A DNA stretch of 44,888 nucleotides from a virus (lineage: Duplodnaviria > Caudoviricetes). The stretch is taken from positions 1-44,888 of the IMG/VR virus record IMGVR_UViG_3300044676_004725; one strand, given 5' to 3'. How positions within the stretch are numbered: the first letter of the stretch is position 1; each line of letters starts with the position of its first letter. The notes under the pieces are model-generated. The model saw only the letters and a list, made by a program, of their open reading frames with translations. It ran no database searches and was not told the DNA's origin. The translations under genes and the position numbers were made by a program. Positions 12,601 to 20,300 of this stretch are shown here, one piece after another.

Positions 12601-15600
12601 ACTCATAAAACCGATGCAATTTTTGAAAGGTACTTCCTTGGAAATAATTCAACCATTATTGATATTGATGTAAATACCATCAAGATTCCAAATCACTTCT
12701 TTGTTTCAGGTGAAAAGATTTCTTATGATCACGTTGGTGATGTTACATCTGCTGTAGGAATTGCGACAACTAGTTTTGTTGGTGCGTCAAATACAACATT
12801 CTTGCCTGATGAAAATCTCTATGCTGTAAAAGTTGATGATAACTTAATTAAGATTGCAACCAGTGCAGAAAATGCACTTAAGAGCACTCCAATCGTCGTA
12901 GATCTTGAAAGTGTTGGTATTGGAACTTCGCATAGATTTGTAGCAACAAATCAAAATGCCAAGGTCATAGTTGCCATCGATAATGTAATTCAATCTCCAG
13001 TTGTAGCTACTGCAGTAACAACAGGACTGTCTACAAACTTTACTGCACTTGCAGAAATTATTGAGTTTACTGGGATAACGTCATTCTTTGGTGCCGATCT
13101 AATTAAGATCGGTGATGAAATAATGAAGATCGAAGGTATTGGTATAGGCAAAACAAATGCCATCAGAGTCCGCAGATCTTGGATGGGAACACCATCTGGT
13201 GTCGGAAACACTGGAGATCTAGTCACTAAAGTTTCGGGTAATTACAATATTGTCAATAATCACATTAATTTTGTGGAAGCACCTTTTGGAAACACTCCAA
13301 TCGGAACCATCACAAATCCACCTGATGAAAGAGACTGGACTGGAATTACTTCATCCTCAAGTTTCCAAGGAAGATCTTTCATGAGATCTGGTATAGAAAA
13401 TGGATCAGATGCTTCTTATGCTAAGAATTACATTTTTGATAATGTATCTGACAAGTTTACCGGATCTGAAAACAACTTTACACTCAAACAAGAAGGATCT
13501 AATATTACTGGAATTACTGCAGAAAATGCAGTCATTCTTGTTAATGACATTTTCCAAGTTCCTGGATCGCAAGAAGACTACATTCTAGAACAGAATTCTG
13601 GTATCACGTCTGCTGTTTTCAACGGAACTGTTCCACAAACTCCTCTTGGACCTGATGTTGGAATCTCCAGTTTCCCCAAAGGTGGAGTCATAGTTTCTGT
13701 TGGATCAACAGAAGGATTTGGATATCAACCTCTGGTAGCTGCTGGAGGAACTGCTATTGTTTCTGCTGCTGGAACCATTGAATCTATCAGCATTGGGAAC
13801 AGTGGTTCTGGATATAGATCTGGAATACAAACAACAGTAAATGTCGGTGTTGGAACATCTAGCACTGGAACTGGCAATATTGAATTTATTGGAACTGCTG
13901 CAATCAGTGGTGGTCACATTGTGAGTGTTGCGATTACGAATCCAGGAACTGGATACACTGCTACGAATCAACCATTTGTAGTATTTGATGCACCTGTCTC
14001 ATATTCAAATATGAGTTTACACTATAGCTCCGATTCTAACCTTGGAGTTGGAACTGAGGCAACAGTTGACGTTGTTGTTGGACAAGGTTCAAGTGTTATT
14101 GATTTTGAAATAAGAAATATTGGTTATGGATATGGTAACGGAGACATTCTGACGGTCGCAATTGGTGGAACAATTGGAATTCCTACTTCAGCATCATATT
14201 CTGGAAATGAGTTCCAACTGACCATTGATGAAGTTATCAGTGATAAGTTCTCTGGATGGTCCTTAGGAACACTGCAAATCCTCGATAACATTGATGAATT
14301 TATTGATGGTGCAACAAGAGATTTCCCATTGAAGCAAAATGGTTCTTCAGTTTCTATTGTTGCTTCACCTGGATCGAAGATAGATGTACAAGATGTGCTT
14401 CTCGTATTTGTCAATGATGTTCTTCAAGTTCCTGGTGTTGGATATGAGTTTAATGGTGGCAGCACAATAACCTTTACTGAAGCACTTAAGATTGGAGATA
14501 AGGCAAAAATTATCTTCTACAAAGGAAATGGTGACAGTGATGTTATTTTCAGGGATGTTATCGAAACAGTTAAGCAAGGAGATACTTTACAATTAAAACC
14601 ATTCTCTTCTCAACCAGATTATTTGGAAGAGGATGTAAGAAATGTGTTCTCCATACTGTCAACTGGAAATGTTGAAACAAATGCATATCATGGTCCAGGA
14701 AAAACTGAAGATGTTACTTTGACAAGACCTGTAACCTGGTGTAGACAAACTGAAGACAAAATCATCAATCAAATCCCAACTGGCAAGGATAGAGAACTTT
14801 ATGAACCAGTAATTAATCCTAGTGCTTACATTATCAAATCTGTAGGTGTTGGATCAACTGCGATTTATGTAGACACTCTAAGACCACTCTTTGATGCTTC
14901 AAACGAAGCAAGTGCCAGAGCTTTCCAGAACAAGATTAAATTTATTGCTCAGGAAGAAAAAACTGGTGCTGCTGGAACCGCAGTGGTATCTGGATTTGGA
15001 ACTATTTCCTCGGTTGTTATTTCTGATGGTGGTGTTGGATACTCTACTGCAACAGTAAGTTTTGGATATACCTCTTCCTCTAGAGCATTTGGTTCAGTTA
15101 CAATTAGTGCAGGAGGAACAGTAACTGGTGTTGCAATTACAGATCCTGGAGTAGGATACACAAATACAAATCCACCAACTGTTCTGTTCTCACCTCCTGC
15201 ATACACAGAAGAGGAAGTTTCTGTTAATAATTACTATGGAGATAATGGTATTATTGTTGGATTCGGATCAACTTCAGTTGGAGTTGGAACCACACAATTA
15301 ATCTTTGATGTTCATATTCCATATGATTCTTTCCTCAGAGATCCAAATCTTACAGGAACAGCAGTCACTCTCACAACGATTCAACAATATGATTACTTTA
15401 TTGTTAGAAGGTCCAATGTTGGTCTTGCATCAACATCAGTAACATCTTTCGATGACTCTGGAGCAATCGTTGGTGTTGGCACTTCATTTGCGGATAATGT
15501 CTATCAAGTTGCCTCTATTGAAGGATTAACAACCAGTGTTTCTGGAATTACAACGAATGTTAAGAGACTGTTTGTCAATGTTGACGGATTTGCATCTGGT

Positions 15601-15795
15601 TATTCTGGAATAACAACATCTGGAGATGGTTTAGGTCAATTTAGTTGGGGTAAGATTGAAGTGGTTGATCGTGGCAACACAAATACATACAATGCATATA
15701 CACAATCTGGAGTGGGTCTCACCGAAGGATCTGGTATTACGACATCAACAATGGTCGTAAGGTCCAACTTCCTGAAGTCCTCAAACTATATCTAA
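3673..15795 (+). CDS. gp7: Giant baseplate wedge initiator gp7-like protein (4040 aa), multi-domain
   Basis: Lies between gp6 and gp8. Carries gp7-type motifs KDFYLSKGTDESFKILFKALY (about 4264) and RIQDNFYYQKFSYSLKS..W...V..LNH.LG.K.F (about 11032), an inserted YHYH-like domain and many beta-rich repeats. Confidence 0.85.
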   Translation: MSENRVQLNAIVSSQLPAYVREDFPLVSEFLKQYYLGQEYQGGPVDLIQNIDKYIKLDNTTNLTESVILGGDITFYDRTITVDPGKSPTGTKGFPDTYGLLKIENEVITYTGKTEFSFTGCRRGFVGITSLRDNINKEEVLFEANQAEEHEAGRTIENLSCLFLKEFLLKTKHQLLPGLENRPLDENLNQNLFIKQSKDFYLSKGTDESFKILFKALYNKDVSIVRPSEHLFTPSNSNYEVVNQLVVEAVSGNPENLDAATLYQDTYKFDSSIQKAYAPISSVEKIEVGYGKSFYRLNYDGGYDRDIRASGVTYGRFSVEASTKVIGNVSSGSTIIDVDSTVGFGSTGELYVTYADTTTGFVSYTSKSLTQFFGVTNLTGSISDTTTVGINTFAYGRSKLNQDEIIRVRISSVLDKVSLPVGTNSLKKDTTARLTTLGINENNFKTNKWFYNVAPIYKVSKVELIDSSDFTYKITLNTKHYFRPGNSADIILNDATERSTSIVSIASEKSFNVRGQGSLNPATVLKIRRKIQKGSSNTFPKIQQFSTDVDALFKNDSEEYIVASQSLPKYNAQPIEVTPRQFKFSGTFSGTEFEISPGVEHGFYTGDAIHYSARSVSQQYVDDSGTVKTRFVRDTGLFDDGLYFVERVSGSTVKFAKSRNDIYLAKYVSVDTATTVTDSLIQPFEFYGKTLKPQKILRKISLPESDGSVNETKPGFTGVLVNGVEILNYKAKDTISYGEIENVDVLSPGNNVDIINPPNLLITDSVGTGATGYISVSGSLREIRIKDSGFDYLSVPKVSISGGNGRGALCQVNMKLIDHSPEFFADQVSDRVVVGVASTQSRIGFSTYHKFRNAEQVIYKTGDQQAIAGIVTNASYYVSVIDNTTVRLHKTQGDAIAGLNTVFLTSFGIGKHSLQSVKQKSVVSSINVVNGGVGYENKKRTSPALTGINTALNTISISNHDYNSGELVKYTCVGTPTSGLTVNTEYYVTVVDKDTFKLSSIGVSSDKEYNYRTKQYINLESVGVGTHVFNYPDISVTLAGEVGISSIGLETFKAEIDPIFRGSVTSVHLENGGVGYGSSEILNFVRPPQITIQQGENAQVKPVISNGRISQVIILNSGSNYTSTPDLILNGEGIGAVLVPIMQGGSLSEVRVIEPGSGYTEDSTVIDVFDPAESDFEPVFSSKLKTWTVNLFEKNFPFYAKDDGVIVSGYNELQYSHLYPPRVLRQSCFSVDQEGNTLYGESDLRRVNSIEVKSTKHSPILGFAYDGNPIYGPYGFSGKSGGVVDRMKSGYSLDLKSNRPLTSIFPEGFFIEDYTHKKVSNESVLDENNGRFCVTPDYPEGTYAYFMTINDSFAESSGVFEKYNKPVFPYIIGHNYKSIPNEFNYQNSSVQDLYDFESSDLRKNTEPLNLIEEDSEYPYIFIPNKLNQTLDITAASPGTVDSIGIVTAGDNYKVGETLVFNNTGTGGDSAYAKITKLKGKSVERISVATSTIESVEIYPGDKPGRYEIYSDYPHQFTNLDIISISGVSTTGSGIDGSYTSGISSSRFTIAGVGTTGVAIGTDGVTGLVTYFNLVGDLSFKNIRENDILEAGTERVKVLNVDELSSRIRVLRAVDNTVSTSHTIGKYIYEDPRKLSFNVGYKTDYDYRINEQVYFNPVETVGLGTTAGVGIGTTISFSNPGAGITQKFIPTKSLYFKNHNFRTGDLVTYSPGSGGTGLYVEDESNVGIGTTLTNGEQLFVAKINDDLIGIATVRVGLGTTGTFVGIASTHRSSSTLFIKGVGIGDTHSFTTNHTVITGTLSKNTVTVSTASTHGLSPDHKVDIFVNPSDTKTVTVKYDEYNRRIVANPLEFTNTGIDTSTGIITLSDHGFKGGEKVIYTATDVSEGLVDESIYYISRVDSNRVKLSTTYYNSTLEDPITVGIASTGTTGGTISPINPPLTLYKNSTVTFDLSDSSLGYTVFGSNYPAFDLNLYTDKNFTQVWDKTKSSKDFEYTKSGKVGSAGGKSILRVNSNIPEVLYYKLDLVYDDNLPEVKSQVVVDEDVISGNELNMKVSGYNGNHKIFVGTTTTFTYTLGKVPESVSYASSTSSQIDYETDCTHTDGPVAKVEVINPGRNYYSLPGITTVNNTSGSGAVFEANSSTIGALKSSKLNSIGFNLPTDNTLKPRILFPQTVKINALYSFEEIGISSFGRGFSIPPQLVVIDGATKTVVDDIILKMTPGNERVEIIKNTNRLSNVAPTIIPTVTDSGVGISTITYDAASKEATATLSVGFSTINSFPFSVGDNVLVENASVGVGSTGKGFNSKNYNYKLFPVVSVTENLGGIGSVTFSMDGFINTGETPGEYNTVNSAGRITAQKHFPIFEVLLTTSNFIVGEEVESESATGTLEDWNPRLGILRISSKENFVVGESITGKSSSVVGIATSVKAFESYIDFGSSTKTIRGSQTDSGILNFEQQRIQDNFYYQKFSYSLKSEIPFDTWNDSVSTLNHTLGYKKFADYQLESVNSNQMNVGIASDGLTTVNDITSFGSLHCVHDFDLATENSKGSPFISDEIVFKNRILTDYFESIGNRVLSIDDISGQFNSEPRATPFSVVDIFDLGDIKAQKYITYIRDKRYTGQRQLMIVDLVHNGSVGFLNQYGRVESTYDQGSFDFSISGSDGQLLFYPTNFTVNDYDLATVSYNLSGIATGIGTTSFAGVAKIETKSTEIASGVSTSIVSIANTYTSAKVIINITPDINKTNLYELVELNVINDGTTVDLLEFGRLTAEGVTAASSAGFGTYSAYDSGTHLNIDFHPGVGIATTAVVNAMYVGLATHTSTGISTVNITRATLDARTTTIASSGSPGFTTISDYSNDDDGAYFIVQVTDTTNNRIQLSEVVAVDNFVDTANPYDVYFAEYANLESSAGLGTIGATIDSDGRTSLTFTPIPSIDTVVTVFKNSIRLDVVDSSYPNEIDFTNGTIVTQPGEYTGTESDIKREFGLTHKTDAIFERYFLGNNSTIIDIDVNTIKIPNHFFVSGEKISYDHVGDVTSAVGIATTSFVGASNTTFLPDENLYAVKVDDNLIKIATSAENALKSTPIVVDLESVGIGTSHRFVATNQNAKVIVAIDNVIQSPVVATAVTTGLSTNFTALAEIIEFTGITSFFGADLIKIGDEIMKIEGIGIGKTNAIRVRRSWMGTPSGVGNTGDLVTKVSGNYNIVNNHINFVEAPFGNTPIGTITNPPDERDWTGITSSSSFQGRSFMRSGIENGSDASYAKNYIFDNVSDKFTGSENNFTLKQEGSNITGITAENAVILVNDIFQVPGSQEDYILEQNSGITSAVFNGTVPQTPLGPDVGISSFPKGGVIVSVGSTEGFGYQPLVAAGGTAIVSAAGTIESISIGNSGSGYRSGIQTTVNVGVGTSSTGTGNIEFIGTAAISGGHIVSVAITNPGTGYTATNQPFVVFDAPVSYSNMSLHYSSDSNLGVGTEATVDVVVGQGSSVIDFEIRNIGYGYGNGDILTVAIGGTIGIPTSASYSGNEFQLTIDEVISDKFSGWSLGTLQILDNIDEFIDGATRDFPLKQNGSSVSIVASPGSKIDVQDVLLVFVNDVLQVPGVGYEFNGGSTITFTEALKIGDKAKIIFYKGNGDSDVIFRDVIETVKQGDTLQLKPFSSQPDYLEEDVRNVFSILSTGNVETNAYHGPGKTEDVTLTRPVTWCRQTEDKIINQIPTGKDRELYEPVINPSAYIIKSVGVGSTAIYVDTLRPLFDASNEASARAFQNKIKFIAQEEKTGAAGTAVVSGFGTISSVVISDGGVGYSTATVSFGYTSSSRAFGSVTISAGGTVTGVAITDPGVGYTNTNPPTVLFSPPAYTEEEVSVNNYYGDNGIIVGFGSTSVGVGTTQLIFDVHIPYDSFLRDPNLTGTAVTLTTIQQYDYFIVRRSNVGLASTSVTSFDDSGAIVGVGTSFADNVYQVASIEGLTTSVSGITTNVKRLFVNVDGFASGYSGITTSGDGLGQFSWGKIEVVDRGNTNTYNAYTQSGVGLTEGSGITTSTMVVRSNFLKSSNYI

Positions 15796-15804
15796 ACTTT
15801 CGTT

Positions 15805-15812
15805 AATAAATA
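15805..15812 (+). promoter_or_regulatory. T4-type late promoter (AATAAATA) upstream of gp8
   Basis: Intergenic, about 20 nt before the ATG. Confidence 0.7.
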
Positions 15813-15831
15813 AAGAAAAACTCTGTCCAAA

Positions 15832-17385
15832 ATGGCTGCCATTATAACTGATCAGATTAGGATATTAAATGCCAAAAATTTTGTTGCTGGAGTAATAAAC
15901 TCCAGCAATTCTTATTATTCTTTTGTTGGTTTGACCAATCCTGTAGATTATCAATCTGACTGGGATCAGGGTCCACCTGCTCCTAAAGATAATTTTAATC
16001 AGGAGAATGACTATTGGGATACAATGGTCGCATTGAAAAAAATTAGTTCTTCCGATATAAAACAGGTTGTTCCCAAAAGAACGTGGTCATCAGGTACAAC
16101 TTATGATATGTACCGACATGATTACAGCAGAACAAAAACTGCTGCAGTATCGGGATCAACTTCTCTTTACTTAGCAACTTATTTTGTAATGAATAGTGAC
16201 TTTAGAGTTTACATTTGTTTGCAAAACGGAACTACTCCCGATAATCCAACTGGACAACCTTCTCTTGACGAACCAACATTCACTGATCTAGAACCAAGGG
16301 CAGCTGGGACTAGTGGTGATGGTTATATTTGGAAATATCTGTATACAATTTCTCCAAGTGAAGTTGCAAAATTTGAGTCTACCCAATACATGCCTGTTCC
16401 TGCAGATTGGGAAACGTCAACTGTAAACTCTGCAGTTAGAGACAATGCTGTAGATGGTTCGATTAAGATTGTTACCATTACAAACAGAGGAGTCGGTCTA
16501 GGAACAGCAAACAGTGTGTATTCTTCAGTTCCTATCAGAGGAGATGGAACTGGTGCAGAATGCACGATTGTTATTGATGGAAATCAGCAGGTAAGTTCTG
16601 TAACTGTTTCCAGTCAAGGTTCTGAATATACTTACGGAAATGTTGATTTAGTTGCTGGAGGAGTTCCAACAGGAACAACAAGACCAACTTTTGATGTTAT
16701 TATACCACCACAAGGTGGTCATGGTGCAGACATTTATAGAGAACTTGGTGCATATAATGTTCTAGTATACTCTAGAATTGAAAATGACAATCAAAATCCA
16801 GATTTTATCACGGGCAATCAAATAGCAAGAATTGGTCTTGTTGAAAATCCAGAACAATTTGGATCAACAACTCTTCTAACTGCGGACAAAGCTGCAGCAA
16901 CGAATGCTTTGAGATTGGTTGGTACTGGATATAGCACTGCAACCTTCACTGCAGATTCTTATTTTACCCAAATAGTTTCTACTGGCAATACTGCTATCGG
17001 AAGAGTTGTTAGTTATGATCAGACAACAGGTGTTTTAAAATATTGGCAGGATAGATCACTTGCTGGTTTCAATACTGTTGGAACTGCACAAACTAATCCA
17101 ACATATGGATTTGATTTGAAAGAATTTACTTCTAGTCCAGGAACTGGTGGAAGTTTAACAATTGTTCCATCTACTGGAAGTGATTTGACAATTGATACAA
17201 ACTTTACGGGTGTATCAACCGTAATAAATAATCGTACATACTATCTTGGTCAAAGCTTTACGAGTGGTATTGCCAATCCCGAGGTCAAAAAACACTCTGG
17301 TAATATTATTTACGTTGATAATAGACCATCTATAACCAGATCGTCAAACCAAAAGGAAGACATAAAAGTTATTTTGCAGTTCTAA
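15832..17385 (+). CDS. gp8: Baseplate wedge subunit gp8
   Basis: Motifs MAAIITDQIRILNA.NF, W.SGTTYDMYRHD, FRVYICL.N, DGYIWKYLYTI, GGHGAD...ELG and the C-terminal SGNIIYVDNR..ITRS.NQKEDIKVILQF. Confidence 0.93.
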   Translation: MAAIITDQIRILNAKNFVAGVINSSNSYYSFVGLTNPVDYQSDWDQGPPAPKDNFNQENDYWDTMVALKKISSSDIKQVVPKRTWSSGTTYDMYRHDYSRTKTAAVSGSTSLYLATYFVMNSDFRVYICLQNGTTPDNPTGQPSLDEPTFTDLEPRAAGTSGDGYIWKYLYTISPSEVAKFESTQYMPVPADWETSTVNSAVRDNAVDGSIKIVTITNRGVGLGTANSVYSSVPIRGDGTGAECTIVIDGNQQVSSVTVSSQGSEYTYGNVDLVAGGVPTGTTRPTFDVIIPPQGGHGADIYRELGAYNVLVYSRIENDNQNPDFITGNQIARIGLVENPEQFGSTTLLTADKAAATNALRLVGTGYSTATFTADSYFTQIVSTGNTAIGRVVSYDQTTGVLKYWQDRSLAGFNTVGTAQTNPTYGFDLKEFTSSPGTGGSLTIVPSTGSDLTIDTNFTGVSTVINNRTYYLGQSFTSGIANPEVKKHSGNIIYVDNRPSITRSSNQKEDIKVILQF

Positions 17386-17391
17386 AGAATT

Positions 17392-20300
17392 ATGCCTCAA
17401 CAAACGAATCTTAACGTATCGCCATATTTTGATGACTTTGATCCAGCGAACGATTATCACAAAGTATTGTTCAAGCCTGGATATCCTGTTCAGGCAAGAG
17501 AGTTAACTACTCTTCAATCAATTCTGCAAAATCAGATTGAAAGATTTGGTCAGCACTTTTTTAAAGAAGGTGCAAAGGTAATTCCAGGCAACATTGGATA
17601 TAATCAATTATATTATGCAATCCAACTTCAAAATAATTATCAAGGAGTTCCAGTTTCTGCATATGCGGAACAATTAATCGGAACAAAAATTACAGGACAG
17701 AGATCAGGAGTAACTGCCTTTGTCGATAGCGTTCTTCTGCCAGAAGATTCTGAAAGAGGCAACTTAACACTTTATATTAACTATCTTGGATCTAGTACTG
17801 CAAATAATTCTACTCAACAATTTTTTGATGGAGAGGCATTAACCTGCAATGAAACTATTAGCTCTGGACTTTTAGGCAATACAACAATTACTGCGGGAGC
17901 ACCTTTTGCAAATACCTTTGAAACTGCGGCTGCTGCCACGGGATGCTCATTCCAAATTGAAGAAGGTATATATTTTATTCGTGGAAACTTTGTCAATGTA
18001 AGCAGAGAAAATTTAATTCTCGATCAATACACCAATACTCCTAGTTATAGGATTGGATTGTTTATAAATGAAGAGATTGTAACCTCTGATTTAGACGAAA
18101 CTCTTAACGACAATTCGCAAGGTTACAATAACTATGCTGCGCCTGGTGCAGATAGACTTAGAATTAGTACCAGTTTGTTTAAAAAACCACTGGATGATTT
18201 TAATGATGACAACTTTATTCTTCTTGCAACAGTAATTCAGGGAGTTCTTCAAACATCTAATTTGAAGAGAGGAAACCTTGGTGGTGGTGCGGGATATAAA
18301 GATTGGACAGATGCTCTTGCTAGAAGAACTTTTGATGAATCTGGACACTACTATGTAAAACCTTTCGACTTAACTGTTGTCAATTCTTTAAATGACAATG
18401 TTGGAAACGCAGGTATTTTTAATGCAGGTCAGTTTACTCCAGGTGGAGAAAGTGCAAGAGCTGATTTAGCACTATATAAGATCTCTCCTGGAAAGGCATA
18501 TGTTCAAGGATATGAGATTGAATCTATTGGAGTTACTTATCTTGATGTAGACAAACCAAGAACAACAAGAACTCTAGAAAATCAAAATATAGTTTATAAT
18601 ACTGGTCCAACTTTCAGAGTTAATACTGTTTTCAGATCTCCGACTATTGGTATTGGTAATACTTATGCGGTAAGTTTACGAAATCAAAGAGTTGGATCAG
18701 ATCAAAATGCTGCTCCTGGAAAAGAAATTGGTCTTGCTAGAGTTTATGATTTCAGATTAGAGTCTGGATCTTACAATTCTACTAATGCCAATTTAAATCA
18801 ATGGGATTTGGCACTTTTTGATATACAAACAACCACAGAAATTGCACTTAACCAAGCACACACCTTAAATGTACCAACTTTTGTCAAGGGTGAATCAAGT
18901 GGTGCTACAGGATTTTTAAGGTATAATGTAAATGCAGGAACTGCAGTAACTGTATATGAAACTATTGGTAACTTCGTTGTAAACGAAAGACTTACTTTTA
19001 ACGGAATAGAAAATGGTAGAATTGCAATTGCTGTTACTGCAAATACAATCAGTGATGTAAAGTCTATTTACGGAACTTCTAACACTCTTGAACTTGATGA
19101 TGGAATTACTGGAGTTAACACTTTTAGTGCAAACGTAATTCAATCACCTAAGGTTCGTGTTGGGGTTACTACAATTACTCCTACTTCTGGTGGAGTTAGC
19201 ACAGTACGTAGTTCTTCAAATGATAGATTCCCAGGAACTATTGTAAAAGAGAATGATATTATTCAATACACAGACACCACTTCTGCCGGATTAACAGAAG
19301 ACCCAATTACAGCTAGAGTTGTTAGTGTTGGTGCAACTCACATTACAATTGAAGGAGTTAATACTGTTTCTGGAATTGCTAGTGGATTCTTGCCATTATC
19401 TCAGATTGAAGTATCAGACTTTAGAATTGTAACAAGTGATTTGGCACCTTCATCAGATAGTACTTTATTTACACCATTACCAAGAGCAAATGTTTCTGAT
19501 GTAGATATTTCTGAGTCTGTTTTAACAATTAGAAAGACTTTTACTGTAAATATTACATCAAATCAACTTTCTTCTGAGGTACAAGCAGCAGCAAATGAAA
19601 CTTTCCTATCTTTTGATGATGAAAGATATCTTCTGACTAGATCTGATGGATCTACAGAAACATTAAGTTCTGATAAATTTGAAATTGGAGCTGATGGAAA
19701 AACTCTGCAAATTAGAGGACTTGGAACGGACAACACTGATGCTACATTGGTAGCAACTTTAAGAAAAACCAATCCAAAAGCAAAAGTAAAAATAAAAAAT
19801 CCAGTTAATAGTATTATTGTAAATAAATCTAAATTAGAAGGATCTGGAATCGGTTCAACTACTCTTAACAATGGACTTGTTTATGGTGCATATCCTTTTG
19901 GAACCAGAGTAGAAGATGAAACTATTTCACTGAACTTCCCTGATGTCATAGAAATTCAAGGAGTTTATGAATCTGCAGACACTAGTGCAGCTTCTGCACC
20001 TAGAACTTCTTTGTTGAATATTAATAGCACCTCTACAACAACTTCAGAATTTTTACTTGGTGAAAGGATTATTGGTCAAAATAGTGGTGCAGTAGCAATT
20101 CTTGTTGAAATAGTTGATGATTCAACTATTTCATTCATTTATAAGAATCAAGGAGTATTTGTTCAAGGTGAAACTGTAACATTCCAAGATTCTAATCTTA
20201 CTGCTACGATTTCTACACTAAGCACACCAAGTTTTAATGTTTCACCAAATTATACGTTTAGAACTGGACAAAGAAACACTTTCTATAACTATGGTTCTAT

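Noticed and set aside
17223-17230. AATAAATA inside the 3' end of gp8 as a promoter for the VrlC-like gene
   Set aside because: It is intragenic (encodes V-I-N-N) and about 160 nt from the ATG; it could be real but cannot be told from chance in AT-rich DNA.
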